A DNA stretch of 64,000 nt from an uncultured Clostridium sp. (GCA_964370905.1 CAYJKK010000006.1:18345-82344), one strand, 5' to 3'; positions 39,463-49,340 are shown, counted from the stretch's first letter. Numbers and translations are program-made. Notes: generated by a model from the letters alone, not told the origin.

Positions 39463-39837
39463 ATGAAAGAAAAATATTTAGAATATTTTATGGATTCTAG
39501 AATATATAGTAAACAAGATGTATTAAATAGTATAGAAGAAACCAAAAAGGATTTTGAAACAAAAGATGTAAAAGTTAATATATTTTTAAATCGATTTGGT
39601 ATATATGAAGTTATTTTTGAATTTAAAGATAAAAATACATATATAAATAAAATGAAATCTTGGGTACAAGAAAATAGAATTAAAATTAAAAGCAATGATA
39701 TGAAAATTGTAAAACAGTCAGATAGACTACAAGAAAGAGTAAAAAAGGAAATAAAAGAAAAAGAACGATTACATAGATATTCAGGAAACAGATATGGAAT
39801 GTATAAAGAAACTAGAAATGTGTATAAACCATTATAA
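39463..39837 (+). CDS. hypothetical Lys-rich protein (124 aa)
   Basis: ORF with a plausible RBS. No domain recognised. A T-box leader was searched for here and not found. Confidence 0.4.
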   Translation: MKEKYLEYFMDSRIYSKQDVLNSIEETKKDFETKDVKVNIFLNRFGIYEVIFEFKDKNTYINKMKSWVQENRIKIKSNDMKIVKQSDRLQERVKKEIKEKERLHRYSGNRYGMYKETRNVYKPL

Positions 39838-39871
39838 TATAAATAAAGTTGGAATTTAGAAAGGAAAAAGT

Positions 39872-40897
39872 TTGTATATGAAAGAAGAACTATTAAAGAT
39901 TAAAGAAAATTCAGTTGCAGAGATTAATATATCTAATAATTTAAAAGAACTAAGCGATATAAAAGTTAAATATTTAGGTAAAAAAGGTGAGTTAACAGTA
40001 GTGCTAAAAGGAATGGGGAAACTAGAACCATCTGAAAGACCTATAATAGGAGCATTAGTAAATGAATTAAGAGATGAATTAGAAAATGAATTTACTAAAA
40101 AAGAAAAAGAACTTAAAAATGCAGAATTATTAAAAAAGTTAGAAACAGAAGATTTAGATGTAACAGAACCAAGTAAAAAAGATGAATTAGGAACATTACA
40201 TCCAATTACTCAAATTATAAGAGAAGTTGAAGATATATTTTTAGGTATGGGATATGAAGTAGCAGATGGTCCAGAAATAGAAAAAGCAATATATAATTTT
40301 GATAAATTAAATACACCAATAGATCATCCAGCAAGAGATATTCAAGATACATTTTATATAACAGATGATATTGTTTTAAGAAGTCAAACATCACCAGTAC
40401 AAGCAAGGGTTATGGAAAATCAAAAACCACCAATTAAAATAATTTGTCCGGGAACAGTGTATAGATCAGATGAAGTTGATGCAACACATTCACCAGTATT
40501 CCACCAAGTAGAAGGACTAGTTGTAGATAAAAATGTTTCACTTGCAGATTTAAAAGGAACACTTGAAATATTTGCTAAAAAATGTTTAGGAGAAAATACA
40601 AAGATTAGATTTAGACCACATCATTTTCCATTTACAGAACCAAGTGCAGAAGCAGATGTTTCATGCTTTGTATGTGGAGGAAAAGGTTGTAGAGTTTGTA
40701 AAAATGAAGGTTGGATAGAACTTTTAGGTTGTGGTATGGTACATCCTAATGTACTTAAAAGTTGTGGAATAAATCCAGAAGAATATTCAGGTTTTGCATT
40801 TGGATTTGGAATAGAGAGAATAGCAATGGCGAAATTTGGTATTACAGATATGAGATTATTGTTTGAAAATGATGTTAGATTTTTGAAACAGTTTTAA
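39872..40897 (+). CDS. pheS: phenylalanine--tRNA ligase alpha subunit
   Basis: Class II motifs (…FRPHHFPFTEPSAEADV…, GWIELLGCGMVHP, GFAFGFGIERIAM). The start is TTG 39872 or ATG 39878. Confidence 0.95.
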   Translation: MYMKEELLKIKENSVAEINISNNLKELSDIKVKYLGKKGELTVVLKGMGKLEPSERPIIGALVNELRDELENEFTKKEKELKNAELLKKLETEDLDVTEPSKKDELGTLHPITQIIREVEDIFLGMGYEVADGPEIEKAIYNFDKLNTPIDHPARDIQDTFYITDDIVLRSQTSPVQARVMENQKPPIKIICPGTVYRSDEVDATHSPVFHQVEGLVVDKNVSLADLKGTLEIFAKKCLGENTKIRFRPHHFPFTEPSAEADVSCFVCGGKGCRVCKNEGWIELLGCGMVHPNVLKSCGINPEEYSGFAFGFGIERIAMAKFGITDMRLLFENDVRFLKQF

Positions 40898-40979
40898 TTA
40901 AATAACATATTGAAAGATATGAAAAAAAGAAATAGAAATAAAATAAGCAAAATGCTTAAGTAAAAGGAGAGTAATAAGA

Positions 40980-41321
40980 ATGGGGATTTTTAATAAAATC
41001 TTTAACAAAGGACAAAATTCAAATTATAGTGAAGTTGAATATAAGAATTATAAGGATGTTGTAAAATTATTACATACAGAGAAATATAGAGAAGGATTCT
41101 ATGTAGAAACATTATTAAATGGTAGGTATATATTAAAAAGAGAAGAAGATGCTAAAATAACATTAGCTATGCAAAATCATAATGAATTTAAGAATAGATT
41201 AAAAGGAAATAATAACTTTAGCACTACAAGTAACATAGTGGAAAATAATTATACAACAAATCTTAAAAAAACAAATCAAGGTAGTAAAAGAAATAATTTT
41301 ATAAATAGTTTGAGTAATTAA
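40980..41321 (+). CDS. hypothetical protein (113 aa) inserted between pheS and pheT
   Basis: Strong RBS aaaaggaga. Asn/Lys-rich. No domain recognised. Confidence 0.45.
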   Translation: MGIFNKIFNKGQNSNYSEVEYKNYKDVVKLLHTEKYREGFYVETLLNGRYILKREEDAKITLAMQNHNEFKNRLKGNNNFSTTSNIVENNYTTNLKKTNQGSKRNNFINSLSN

Positions 41322-41353
41322 ATACATACAAGATAAAGAAGGGAAGAATTAAT

Positions 41354-43759
41354 TTGAAAACAAGTATTGAATGGTTAAAAGAATATAGTGATATTGATGT
41401 TACAAGTACAGAACTTGGAGATATTTTAACAATGACTGGTTCAAAAGTTGAAGGGGTTTTAAAAAAAGGAGATAACATAAAAAATGTTGTTATTGGAAAA
41501 ATTTTAGAAATTGAAAAACATCCAGATGCAGATAAACTAGTTGTAACTAAAGTAGATATTGGAAGTGAAATAGTACAAATTGTAACAGGAGCTAAAAATA
41601 TAAATGTAAATGATATAATTCCAGTTGCAAAAGATGGTTCAGAACTTCCAGGAGGAGTTAAAATAAAAAAAGGACCATTAAGAGGAATTGATTCTTGTGG
41701 TATGTTATGTTCTATAGGTGAACTAGAATTAACAAAAGAAGAATACCCAAATCAAGATGAAGATGGAATAATGATATTAGATAAGACACTAGAATCAAAA
41801 ATAGGTCTAGATGCTGTGGATGTATTAGAACTAAGAGAAGAAATTGTAGATTTCGAAATAACATCTAATAGACCAGACTGCTTATCAATAGAAGGTTTGG
41901 GGAGAGAAGTGGCAGTATCACTTGGAAAAGAATTTATAGATCCTAGAAAAAATATATTAGATATAAATGTAGAAAATAAGTCAGAGATAGATGGATTAAC
42001 TGTTGAAATTAAAGATACTGATTTATGTTATAGATATATAGCTAGAGTAGTAAAAAACATAAAAGTAGGATCATCACCAGAATGGATGGTAAAAAGATTA
42101 AAATCAGCGGGAATGAGAAGTATAAACAATATTGTTGATATAACAAATTATGTTATGCTTGAATTAGGACAACCTATGCATGCATTTGATATAAATAATA
42201 TAGATGGTAAAAGTATAGTAGTTAGAAGAGCTAAGCTAAATGAAAAAATAGTAACATTAGATGAAGTAGAAAGAACTTTAGATAGTGAAGATTTAGTTAT
42301 TTGTGATAATAAAGGTCCACTTGCTATAGCAGGAGTTATGGGAGGAATTAATTCTGGAATAACAAATGAAACAACAACAATAGTATTAGAATCAGCATCT
42401 TTTTACGGTGGAAACATAAGAAAAACAGCTAAAAAAGTAGGATTAAGAACTGAAAGTTCATCGAGATTTGAAAAAGGACTACCTCAAGAAGTTTGTGAAA
42501 AAGCAATAAATAGAGTAGTTGAATTAATAGAAGAATTAGGAATTGGTGAAGCCTTAGAAAGTAAAATAGATGTATATCCAGTTAAGCAAGAATTAGCAAA
42601 AATACCAGTAAAATATGATAAAATAAATAGTTTAATAGGAACTAATTTAAGTGAAGTAGAAATTAATGATATTTTAGAAAAATTAGATATAAAAGTAGAA
42701 AATGGGATTGCAAGATCTCCAGTATTTAGAGTTGATATTGAGTCATGGCAAGATTTAGCAGAAGAAGTAGCAAGATTTTACGGATATGATAAATTAGAAA
42801 CATCTGTAATGAATTCAAAAACAACAATAGGACTACGTAATAAAGAGCAAAAAATAAATAAAAACATTAAGGATATGCTTGTAATAAATGGATTTTCAGA
42901 AATATATACTTATGGTTTTGTAAGTTCAAATGATTTAGAAAAATCAAATATAGATACAAATTCAATAAAAACAGCAATAGTTGTTAAAAATCCACTTAGT
43001 GATGAATATAAGTATATGAGACCAACAACAATGCCAAGTATGATGCAAATTGTACAAACAAATATTAATAAGAAAAATAATAATGTTAAATTATTTGATA
43101 TATCTAAAAACTATAAAAATATAGATGGTGAAATAGAAAAAGGAGAGGTTCCGTTACAAGAAGAAATATTAACAATAAGTTTATATGGTGACAAATGTGA
43201 TTTCTATACATTAAAAGGATATGTAGAAAATGTTCTTGAGAATTCAGGTATAAGTAAATATGAAGTAGTAAAAGAAAAAGATAATAAATCATATCACCCA
43301 GGTAGATGTGCAAACATAAAAATAGGTTTAGATAATATATGTGTTTTTGGAGAAGTACATCCAGAAGTATTACAAAATTATGAAATAGAAAAAAGAATAT
43401 ATTTAGCTGAAATTAATGTATCAAAAATATCTAAATATGCAAAAACTGCAAAAAAATATTTAGAAATACCAAAATTTCCAGCAGTAGAAAGAGACTTAGC
43501 TATAGTTGTTGATGAAAAAGTAGAAGTAGGGCAAATAGAAAAAGTAATAACTAAAAAAGCTAAAAAATATTTAGAGAAAATAACTTTATTTGATATTTAT
43601 AGAGATATAAAACTTGGAAAAAATAAGAAAAGCATTGCATATTCATTAATGTTTAGAGATAAAAATAAGACATTAAATGATGAAGAAATAAATGCTATGA
43701 TGGATAATATTATAAAAGAATTACAAAATAATTTAGGTGCCCAAATAAGAGGTGTTTAA
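41354..43759 (+). CDS. pheT: phenylalanine--tRNA ligase beta subunit
   Basis: TTG start. N-terminus KTSIEWLKEY. tRNA-binding, B3/4, B5 and FDX-ACB domains. 801 aa. Confidence 0.95.
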   Translation: MKTSIEWLKEYSDIDVTSTELGDILTMTGSKVEGVLKKGDNIKNVVIGKILEIEKHPDADKLVVTKVDIGSEIVQIVTGAKNINVNDIIPVAKDGSELPGGVKIKKGPLRGIDSCGMLCSIGELELTKEEYPNQDEDGIMILDKTLESKIGLDAVDVLELREEIVDFEITSNRPDCLSIEGLGREVAVSLGKEFIDPRKNILDINVENKSEIDGLTVEIKDTDLCYRYIARVVKNIKVGSSPEWMVKRLKSAGMRSINNIVDITNYVMLELGQPMHAFDINNIDGKSIVVRRAKLNEKIVTLDEVERTLDSEDLVICDNKGPLAIAGVMGGINSGITNETTTIVLESASFYGGNIRKTAKKVGLRTESSSRFEKGLPQEVCEKAINRVVELIEELGIGEALESKIDVYPVKQELAKIPVKYDKINSLIGTNLSEVEINDILEKLDIKVENGIARSPVFRVDIESWQDLAEEVARFYGYDKLETSVMNSKTTIGLRNKEQKINKNIKDMLVINGFSEIYTYGFVSSNDLEKSNIDTNSIKTAIVVKNPLSDEYKYMRPTTMPSMMQIVQTNINKKNNNVKLFDISKNYKNIDGEIEKGEVPLQEEILTISLYGDKCDFYTLKGYVENVLENSGISKYEVVKEKDNKSYHPGRCANIKIGLDNICVFGEVHPEVLQNYEIEKRIYLAEINVSKISKYAKTAKKYLEIPKFPAVERDLAIVVDEKVEVGQIEKVITKKAKKYLEKITLFDIYRDIKLGKNKKSIAYSLMFRDKNKTLNDEEINAMMDNIIKELQNNLGAQIRGV

Positions 43760-43857
43760 TTAAATTTTAAAAATAAAATGTGAATTTAATTAAAAAAGTC
43801 TAGACAAAAAAAGAAACTTATATTAAAATTAATATAATAAAAACAAAGGAGAAAAGT

Positions 43858-43992
43858 TATGGAAGAAAATAATAATAACAATGAAAAAAAAGAACCACTA
43901 ACACCAGAGTCTGTAATACTATTATCTGTAGTTACAACACTTGGAACTATTATTTTAGCAGGTATTATAAGTTTTATAATAAATTCAATATA
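43858..43992 (+). CDS. possible small membrane peptide (44 aa)
   Basis: MEENNNNNEKKEPLTPESVILLSVVTTLGTIILAGIISFIINSI. RBS aaaggag at -8. One TM helix. Unannotated in the ORF track. Confidence 0.3.
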
Positions 43993-44181
43993 GTAAATTA
44001 AAAAATTTAGCAAGAGTATAGAAAGAATTAATCTTTTTGTATTCTTATTTTTTTTTATTATAATATAAAAGAATAAAAAAATGGAAAAAGCTTAAAAATC
44101 AATGAAATAATGTAAAAGTACTTGACAAAGTTAGAAAAATAGTGTAAAGTATAATAGCATTACAAAAAAAGAGGTGATCAA

Positions 44182-44529
44182 ATGGAGAAAAATGTAGAAA
44201 TAAGTATATTATGTCAGCACTATGGCAAGTTATTAACTGAAAAACAATTTGAATTCATTGATGACTATTATAATAATGATTTGTCACTATCAGAAATTGC
44301 TGAAAATAATAATATAACAAGACAAGCAGTTAGAGACATATTAAAGAAGGGGGAGAAAAAACTTTTCGAATATGAAGAAAAGTTACTTTTTATGAAAAGG
44401 ACGTTAAATCAAGAAAAAGAAATAGAAAATATTTTAATAGAATTAACAAGCATTCAAAAAACTTATTCAGACAAAAAGATAGCACAAGTATTAGAAACAA
44501 TAAAAAAACAATTAAATTGTTTAGTATAA
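44182..44529 (+). CDS. ylxM: putative DNA-binding protein YlxM/UPF0122 (sigma-70 region-4-like HTH), SRP-operon associated
   Basis: 115 aa. HTH NNITRQAVRDILKKGEKKL. Immediately upstream of ffh as in Firmicutes. Confidence 0.8.
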   Translation: MEKNVEISILCQHYGKLLTEKQFEFIDDYYNNDLSLSEIAENNNITRQAVRDILKKGEKKLFEYEEKLLFMKRTLNQEKEIENILIELTSIQKTYSDKKIAQVLETIKKQLNCLV

Positions 44530-44557
44530 ATAACTAAAGAAGTGGAGTGATAAGAAA

Positions 44558-45910
44558 ATGGCTTTTGAAGGATTATCTTCTAGATTACAAGAAATAACAA
44601 GGAAAATTAAAGGTAAAGCTCGTATAACAGATTCGGATTTAAAAGAAATGTTAAGAGAAGTTAAATTAGCATTACTTGAGGCAGATGTAAATTATAAAAT
44701 TGTAAAAGATTTTATAGCTACTATTTCAGAAAAAGCAGTAGGTCAAGATGTTTTAAAATCACTAACACCAGGGCAACAAGTTGTAAAAATAGTTAAAGAT
44801 GAACTTGTAGAATTACTAGGTGGAGTTGAAAGTAAGATTAGTTTTTCACCTAATCCACCAACAGTAATAATGTTAGTAGGTCTACAAGGTTCAGGTAAAA
44901 CAACTACATCTGGAAAGCTTGCTAATATATTAAGAAAACAAGGAAAAAAACCACTTTTAGTTGCATGTGACGTATATAGACCAGCAGCCATAAAACAATT
45001 ACAAGTTGTTGGAAGTCAATTAAATATCCCAGTATATTCAAACGAGAATACAAAAGATGTGGTATTAATTGCAAAACAAGCAATGTCAGAAGCAATGTCA
45101 AAACTAAATGATGTAATAATACTAGATACAGCAGGAAGACTTCATATAGATGAAGATCTAATGAATGAGTTAAAAGGAATAAAGCAAAATGTGAAACCTC
45201 ATGAAATATTATTAGTAGTAGATAGTATGACAGGTCAAGATGCAGTAAATGTTGCAGAAAAGTTTAATAGTGACTTAGGTGTAGATGGAGTTATTTTAAC
45301 AAAACTAGATGGTGATACAAGAGGTGGAAGTGCTTTATCAGTAAAAAAAGTTACAGGAAAACCAATTAAATTTGCAGCAACTGGAGAAAAATTAAATGAA
45401 ATAGAAGTTTTTCATCCAGAAAGAATGGCACAAAGAATACTTGGTATGGGTGATATATTATCAATAATTGAAAAGGCTGAAGAATCATTTGATTTAGAAC
45501 AAGCCGAAGTTCTAGAAAAACAATTAAAGAAAAAAGAACTAGATTTAGATGATTATTTATTACAATTAAGACAAGTTAAAAAAATGGGTTCATTTTCTTC
45601 ATTATTAAAAATGATACCAGGAATGAATCAAATAAAAGACTTAAAGGTAGATGATAAAGAATTTACAAGAATTGAAGCGATAATATGTTCTATGACAAAA
45701 GCAGAAAAAAAAGATCCTAAAATATTAAATGCAAATAGGAGAAAACGTATAGCTGCTGGAAGTGGAACTACAGTTCAAGATATAAATAAATTCATAAAAT
45801 CATTTGAATTATCACAAAAAATGATGAAACAAATGAAAAGTCAAAAAGGTGGACTTGGTAAAATGTTAAAAGGAATTGATCAAGATGCACTTAAAAACTT
45901 TAAGATGTAA
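44558..45910 (+). CDS. ffh: signal recognition particle protein Ffh
   Basis: N domain, then G domain (GLQGSGKTTT, DTAGR, TKLDG), then Met-rich M domain. Confidence 0.95.
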   Translation: MAFEGLSSRLQEITRKIKGKARITDSDLKEMLREVKLALLEADVNYKIVKDFIATISEKAVGQDVLKSLTPGQQVVKIVKDELVELLGGVESKISFSPNPPTVIMLVGLQGSGKTTTSGKLANILRKQGKKPLLVACDVYRPAAIKQLQVVGSQLNIPVYSNENTKDVVLIAKQAMSEAMSKLNDVIILDTAGRLHIDEDLMNELKGIKQNVKPHEILLVVDSMTGQDAVNVAEKFNSDLGVDGVILTKLDGDTRGGSALSVKKVTGKPIKFAATGEKLNEIEVFHPERMAQRILGMGDILSIIEKAEESFDLEQAEVLEKQLKKKELDLDDYLLQLRQVKKMGSFSSLLKMIPGMNQIKDLKVDDKEFTRIEAIICSMTKAEKKDPKILNANRRKRIAAGSGTTVQDINKFIKSFELSQKMMKQMKSQKGGLGKMLKGIDQDALKNFKM

Positions 45911-45968
45911 AAGTTATTAAGTTATTAAATTTTAAATATAGATATAAATTTTAAGGAGGTGAACAAAA

Positions 45969-46199
45969 ATGGTAAAAATAAGATTACAAAGACAAGGTAA
46001 GAAAAAAGCTCCATTCTATCACGTAGTAGTAGCTGACTCTAGAAAATCAAGAGATGGTAAAATAATTGAAAAAATAGGAACTTATGATCCAATGACAAAA
46101 CCATCTACAATAGTATTAGATAAAGAAAAAGTAGAAAAATGGATTAAAAATGGTGCAAAACCAACAGATACAGTTAAATCATTAATAGACAATGCATAG
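45969..46199 (+). CDS. rpsP: 30S ribosomal protein S16
   Basis: [30 protein letters not shown]. Confidence 0.95.
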   Translation: MVKIRLQRQGKKKAPFYHVVVADSRKSRDGKIIEKIGTYDPMTKPSTIVLDKEKVEKWIKNGAKPTDTVKSLIDNA

Positions 46200-46233
46200 T
46201 TTAAAGTCAAAATTATAGGTGGAGGTTATAAAA

Positions 46234-46464
46234 ATGCAAGAAATTTTAAAAACAATTATTTCTAATTTAGTTGAAGAATCAGATAAAATAGAAATAAAAG
46301 AAACCAAAACAGATAAAAAAGTACTTTTCGAAGTAAAAGTAGCAGAAAAAGATATGGGTAAAGTAATTGGAAGACAAGGTAGAATTGCTAGATCTATTAG
46401 AACAGTTATGAAAGCATTTGGGACTCGTGAACATTTGAAAGTAACTATAGAATTTATTGGATAA
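46234..46464 (+). CDS. KH domain RNA-binding protein (YlqC-like)
   Basis: GKVIGRQGRIARSIR KH motif. The start is moved to ATG 46234 because gtggagg at 46219 is the RBS. Confidence 0.8.
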   Translation: MQEILKTIISNLVEESDKIEIKETKTDKKVLFEVKVAEKDMGKVIGRQGRIARSIRTVMKAFGTREHLKVTIEFIG

Positions 46465-46479
46465 TTGGAGAAAGTAAAT

Positions 46480-46986
46480 ATGGGAAATTATCTTGAACTA
46501 GGTCAGATTGTAAATGTATTTGGTATAAAGGGTATGATTAAAATATATCCATATACAGATGATATAGAACAATTCTTAGATTTTAAAAAGATATATGTAA
46601 AAAATAAAGAAGGTATAAAAGAATATATAATAGAAGAAGCTAAAATTCATAAAAATATGGTATTAGTAAAATTTAAAAATATAAATACACCAGAACAAGC
46701 AACTCTGCTTAAAAATAGTTATGTAATAATGAAAAGAGAGGAATTAAAGCCTCTTAATCCAGGACAATACTATTTTGTAGATTTAATTGGGTGTATGGTA
46801 TATACTGATGAAAATATTTTACTTGGAAAATTAGAAGATATATATAATACAGGTAGTAATGATATATATGTAATAAAAGATGAAATGGGTAAACAAGTTT
46901 TATTACCAGGAATAGATGAAGTAATAAAAAATGTTGATTTAGAACTTAAAAAAATAACAGTTCACCTAATATCAGGATTAATTTAA
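46480..46986 (+). CDS. rimM: ribosome maturation factor RimM
   Basis: LELGQIVNVFGIKGMIKIYPYTD N-domain plus PRC barrel. ATG 46480 preferred over TTG 46465. Confidence 0.9.
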   Translation: MGNYLELGQIVNVFGIKGMIKIYPYTDDIEQFLDFKKIYVKNKEGIKEYIIEEAKIHKNMVLVKFKNINTPEQATLLKNSYVIMKREELKPLNPGQYYFVDLIGCMVYTDENILLGKLEDIYNTGSNDIYVIKDEMGKQVLLPGIDEVIKNVDLELKKITVHLISGLI

Positions 46987-47000
46987 AAATGGAGGAATAA

Positions 47001-47663
47001 ATGAAATTTGATGTTTTAACACTTTTTCCAGAAATGTTTGATTCTATGAAATTAAGTATTTTAGGTAAAGCTATAGAAAAAGAGTTAATAGATATTAATA
47101 TAGTAAATATTAGAGATTTTTCTAAAAATAAACATAAAAAAGTAGATGATACTCCATATGGTGGTGGAGCAGGAATGGTTATGAAACCAGATGTTATATA
47201 TGATGCATTTTTATCTATTAAAGATAAAGAGCAAAAAGTTATATATCTATCACCACAAGGAAATAAGTTAAATCAAAATAAGGTTCAAGAATTAAGTAAA
47301 GAAAAAAATATTGTCTTACTTTGTGGTCATTATGAAGGTATTGATCAAAGAGTGATAGAGAAAATAGTTGATGAAGAAATCTCTATAGGAGACTATGTAT
47401 TAACAGGAGGAGAATTACCAGCAATGGTATTAATCGATACTGTAAGTAGATATGTAGAAGGAGTTTTGAAAGAAGAATCTATAAAAGAAGAAAGTTTTTC
47501 AAATGGACTTTTAGAATATCCACAATATACAAGACCAGAAGAATTTTTAGGAAAAAGAGTTCCAGAAGTATTAACTTCAGGAAATCATGCTAAAATAGAT
47601 AAGTGGAGATTAGAAAAATCAATAGAAATTACAAAATTAAAAAGACCAGATTTAATAAAATAA
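47001..47663 (+). CDS. trmD: tRNA (guanine37-N1)-methyltransferase
   Basis: MKFDVLTLFPEMF, DDTPYGGGAGMVMKP, LLCGHYEGIDQRV. SPOUT knot. Confidence 0.9.
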   Translation: MKFDVLTLFPEMFDSMKLSILGKAIEKELIDINIVNIRDFSKNKHKKVDDTPYGGGAGMVMKPDVIYDAFLSIKDKEQKVIYLSPQGNKLNQNKVQELSKEKNIVLLCGHYEGIDQRVIEKIVDEEISIGDYVLTGGELPAMVLIDTVSRYVEGVLKEESIKEESFSNGLLEYPQYTRPEEFLGKRVPEVLTSGNHAKIDKWRLEKSIEITKLKRPDLIK

Positions 47664-47717
47664 AATGAAGTGCAAATAATTGCACCGCTCAATAATAAAA
47701 GAAGGAGGAAGTTCAAA

Positions 47718-48152
47718 ATGGATATAATAAAATCTATTGAACACGAACAATTAAAAAACAAAATACCAGAATTAAGCGTTGGTAATACAGTTAAAGTACA
47801 TGTTAAAATTAAAGAAGGAAATAAGGAAAGAATCCAAATTTTCGAAGGAATAATAATCAAAGTACAAGGTGGAGGAGTAAACAAAACATTTACAGTAAGA
47901 AAAATTTCTTATGGTGTTGGAGTTGAAAAAACATTCTTAGTACATTCACCATTAGTTGAAAGAGTAGAATTAGTAAGAGTTGGTAAAGCTAGACGTGCTA
48001 GATTATTCTATTTAAGAGATAGAGTAGGTAAATCTGCTAAAACTAAAGAAAACATTGGTGCTAGAATTGAAAACAGAGAAATAACTATCAAAGAAGAAGT
48101 TCAAGTTCAAGAAACAAAAACTGAAACTACAGAAGAAACTGTAGCTGAATAA
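47718..48152 (+). CDS. rplS: 50S ribosomal protein L19 with about 30-aa acidic C-terminal extension
   Basis: The start is at ATG 47718 (RBS ggagg at -9), not 47670. Core …[25 protein letters not shown], then the extra [27 protein letters not shown]. Confidence 0.9.
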   Translation: MDIIKSIEHEQLKNKIPELSVGNTVKVHVKIKEGNKERIQIFEGIIIKVQGGGVNKTFTVRKISYGVGVEKTFLVHSPLVERVELVRVGKARRARLFYLRDRVGKSAKTKENIGARIENREITIKEEVQVQETKTETTEETVAE

Positions 48153-48222
48153 TATATATAAGAAGTTATATACTTAATTGATTTAAAGTAGATAGCTTCT
48201 TTTTTGCTTTTCAAATATGTAA

Positions 48223-49095
48223 TTACTTAGTATTAAGAAGAAATTCTAATTTAGTTATTAATTCAAAAGACTGTTCTTTACTAAGTAATTTGGAAGGGAA
48301 TTTCGGTTTTCCAAAATTAAAATCTAAGAAATTTAACATACTTTTTAAAATAGAGACAGAATTGTGAGTGGATAAGATAGTTTGTAATTCATTAACTTTT
48401 AAATTAAGGTTAGAAGAAGTCTTAAAATCACCGTTTAAAGAAGTAAGTATAAGGTTAGACATATAGTTTGGTATAACATTGGAAATAGTTGAAATACACC
48501 CTATTCCTCCAATAGATAGTATAGGAAGATTAATACAATCATTACCACTATAAAGAGATAAAGTATTTTGACAGAGATTAGAGATTTCTAGAATATTATT
48601 AGTAAATGAAGAAAATTCAATACCAACAATATTATCAAGTCTAGATAGTTCGAAATATGTAAATGGAGATACATTATCATTGTTATCTGAAATGATAATA
48701 GGTTTAGATATATTTTGAGCAATCGTAGAGTAGTAATAAATTATATCTTCATCTTTATAGTTTATATATTTGGGAATAGGTATTAAAAATCCATTTATAC
48801 CTAAATCAGAAATAAAGTTTAAAATATCTAATTCTTTTTCAGTTATAAAAGTACTAAAATAGAAAATTACAGGAATTCTATTATTTACTTTATCTAAAAC
48901 AAATTCAGCTAGCAATATTTTTTCACCAAGTGAAAGTGTATGGTCTTCACCAAGAGGTGAAGAAATTATTAGGCTATTAATATTATTTTTAATTTGGAAT
49001 TCAATAAAAGATTCAAGTTCAGTAAAATTAATTTCATTATTAATAAATGGAGTACAAATAGCACTGCCACAGCCCTTAAAAAGTATTTCTTTCAA
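48223..49095 (-). CDS. dihydrodipicolinate synthase/N-acetylneuraminate lyase-fold protein lacking catalytic lysine (probable pseudoenzyme)
   Basis: Aligns along its length with DapA (TPF..., YSGND vs YSGDD, LPILSIGG). GTTGE is replaced by SPLGE. The Schiff-base lysine motif IKEAS is replaced by IEFSS. YNVPGRT is absent. Confidence 0.65.
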   Translation of the reverse strand: MKEILFKGCGSAICTPFINNEINFTELESFIEFQIKNNINSLIISSPLGEDHTLSLGEKILLAEFVLDKVNNRIPVIFYFSTFITEKELDILNFISDLGINGFLIPIPKYINYKDEDIIYYYSTIAQNISKPIIISDNNDNVSPFTYFELSRLDNIVGIEFSSFTNNILEISNLCQNTLSLYSGNDCINLPILSIGGIGCISTISNVIPNYMSNLILTSLNGDFKTSSNLNLKVNELQTILSTHNSVSILKSMLNFLDFNFGKPKFPSKLLSKEQSFELITKLEFLLNTK

Positions 49096-49260
49096 ATTAT
49101 CACCTCTTATATTTTGTTATTAATGTATATTAAAAAAATGAATAAATATGAGAAATAAAGTAAAAAAGTTTAAATGATAAGTAAGGAAAAAAGATGAAAA
49201 GATAAAAAATAAAAGCAGAGAAAAAAACGAACAAAAATTCTATTTTTTTATCTAAAAGTA

Positions 49261-49289
49261 TTGACAAGAAAAAATGTTTGATGTATTAT
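49261..49289 (+). promoter_or_regulatory. sigma-A promoter TTGACA-17-TATTAT upstream of DUF45 gene
   Basis: ttgaca at 49261-49266, 17-nt spacer, tattat at 49284-49289. Confidence 0.6.
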
Positions 49290-49340
49290 ATGGATAACAA
49301 AGAAAACGAACAGATGTTCAAAATGAAAGGTGGTATAATT

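Noticed and set aside
47670-47717. N-terminal extension of L19 ([16 protein letters not shown]) from the ORF track
   Set aside because: GGAGG lies 9 nt before ATG 47718, and [12 protein letters not shown] matches the usual L19 start. The extension would start inside the trmD-rplS spacer.
49278-49340. Longer DUF45 start at 49278, and the TTG/GTG pseudo-starts inside RBSs at 27867, 30088, 46219 and 46465
   Set aside because: 49278 lies upstream of the predicted transcription start site. The other track starts are the GGAGG Shine-Dalgarno sequences themselves read as start codons. The downstream ATG/TTG with proper spacing was used instead.
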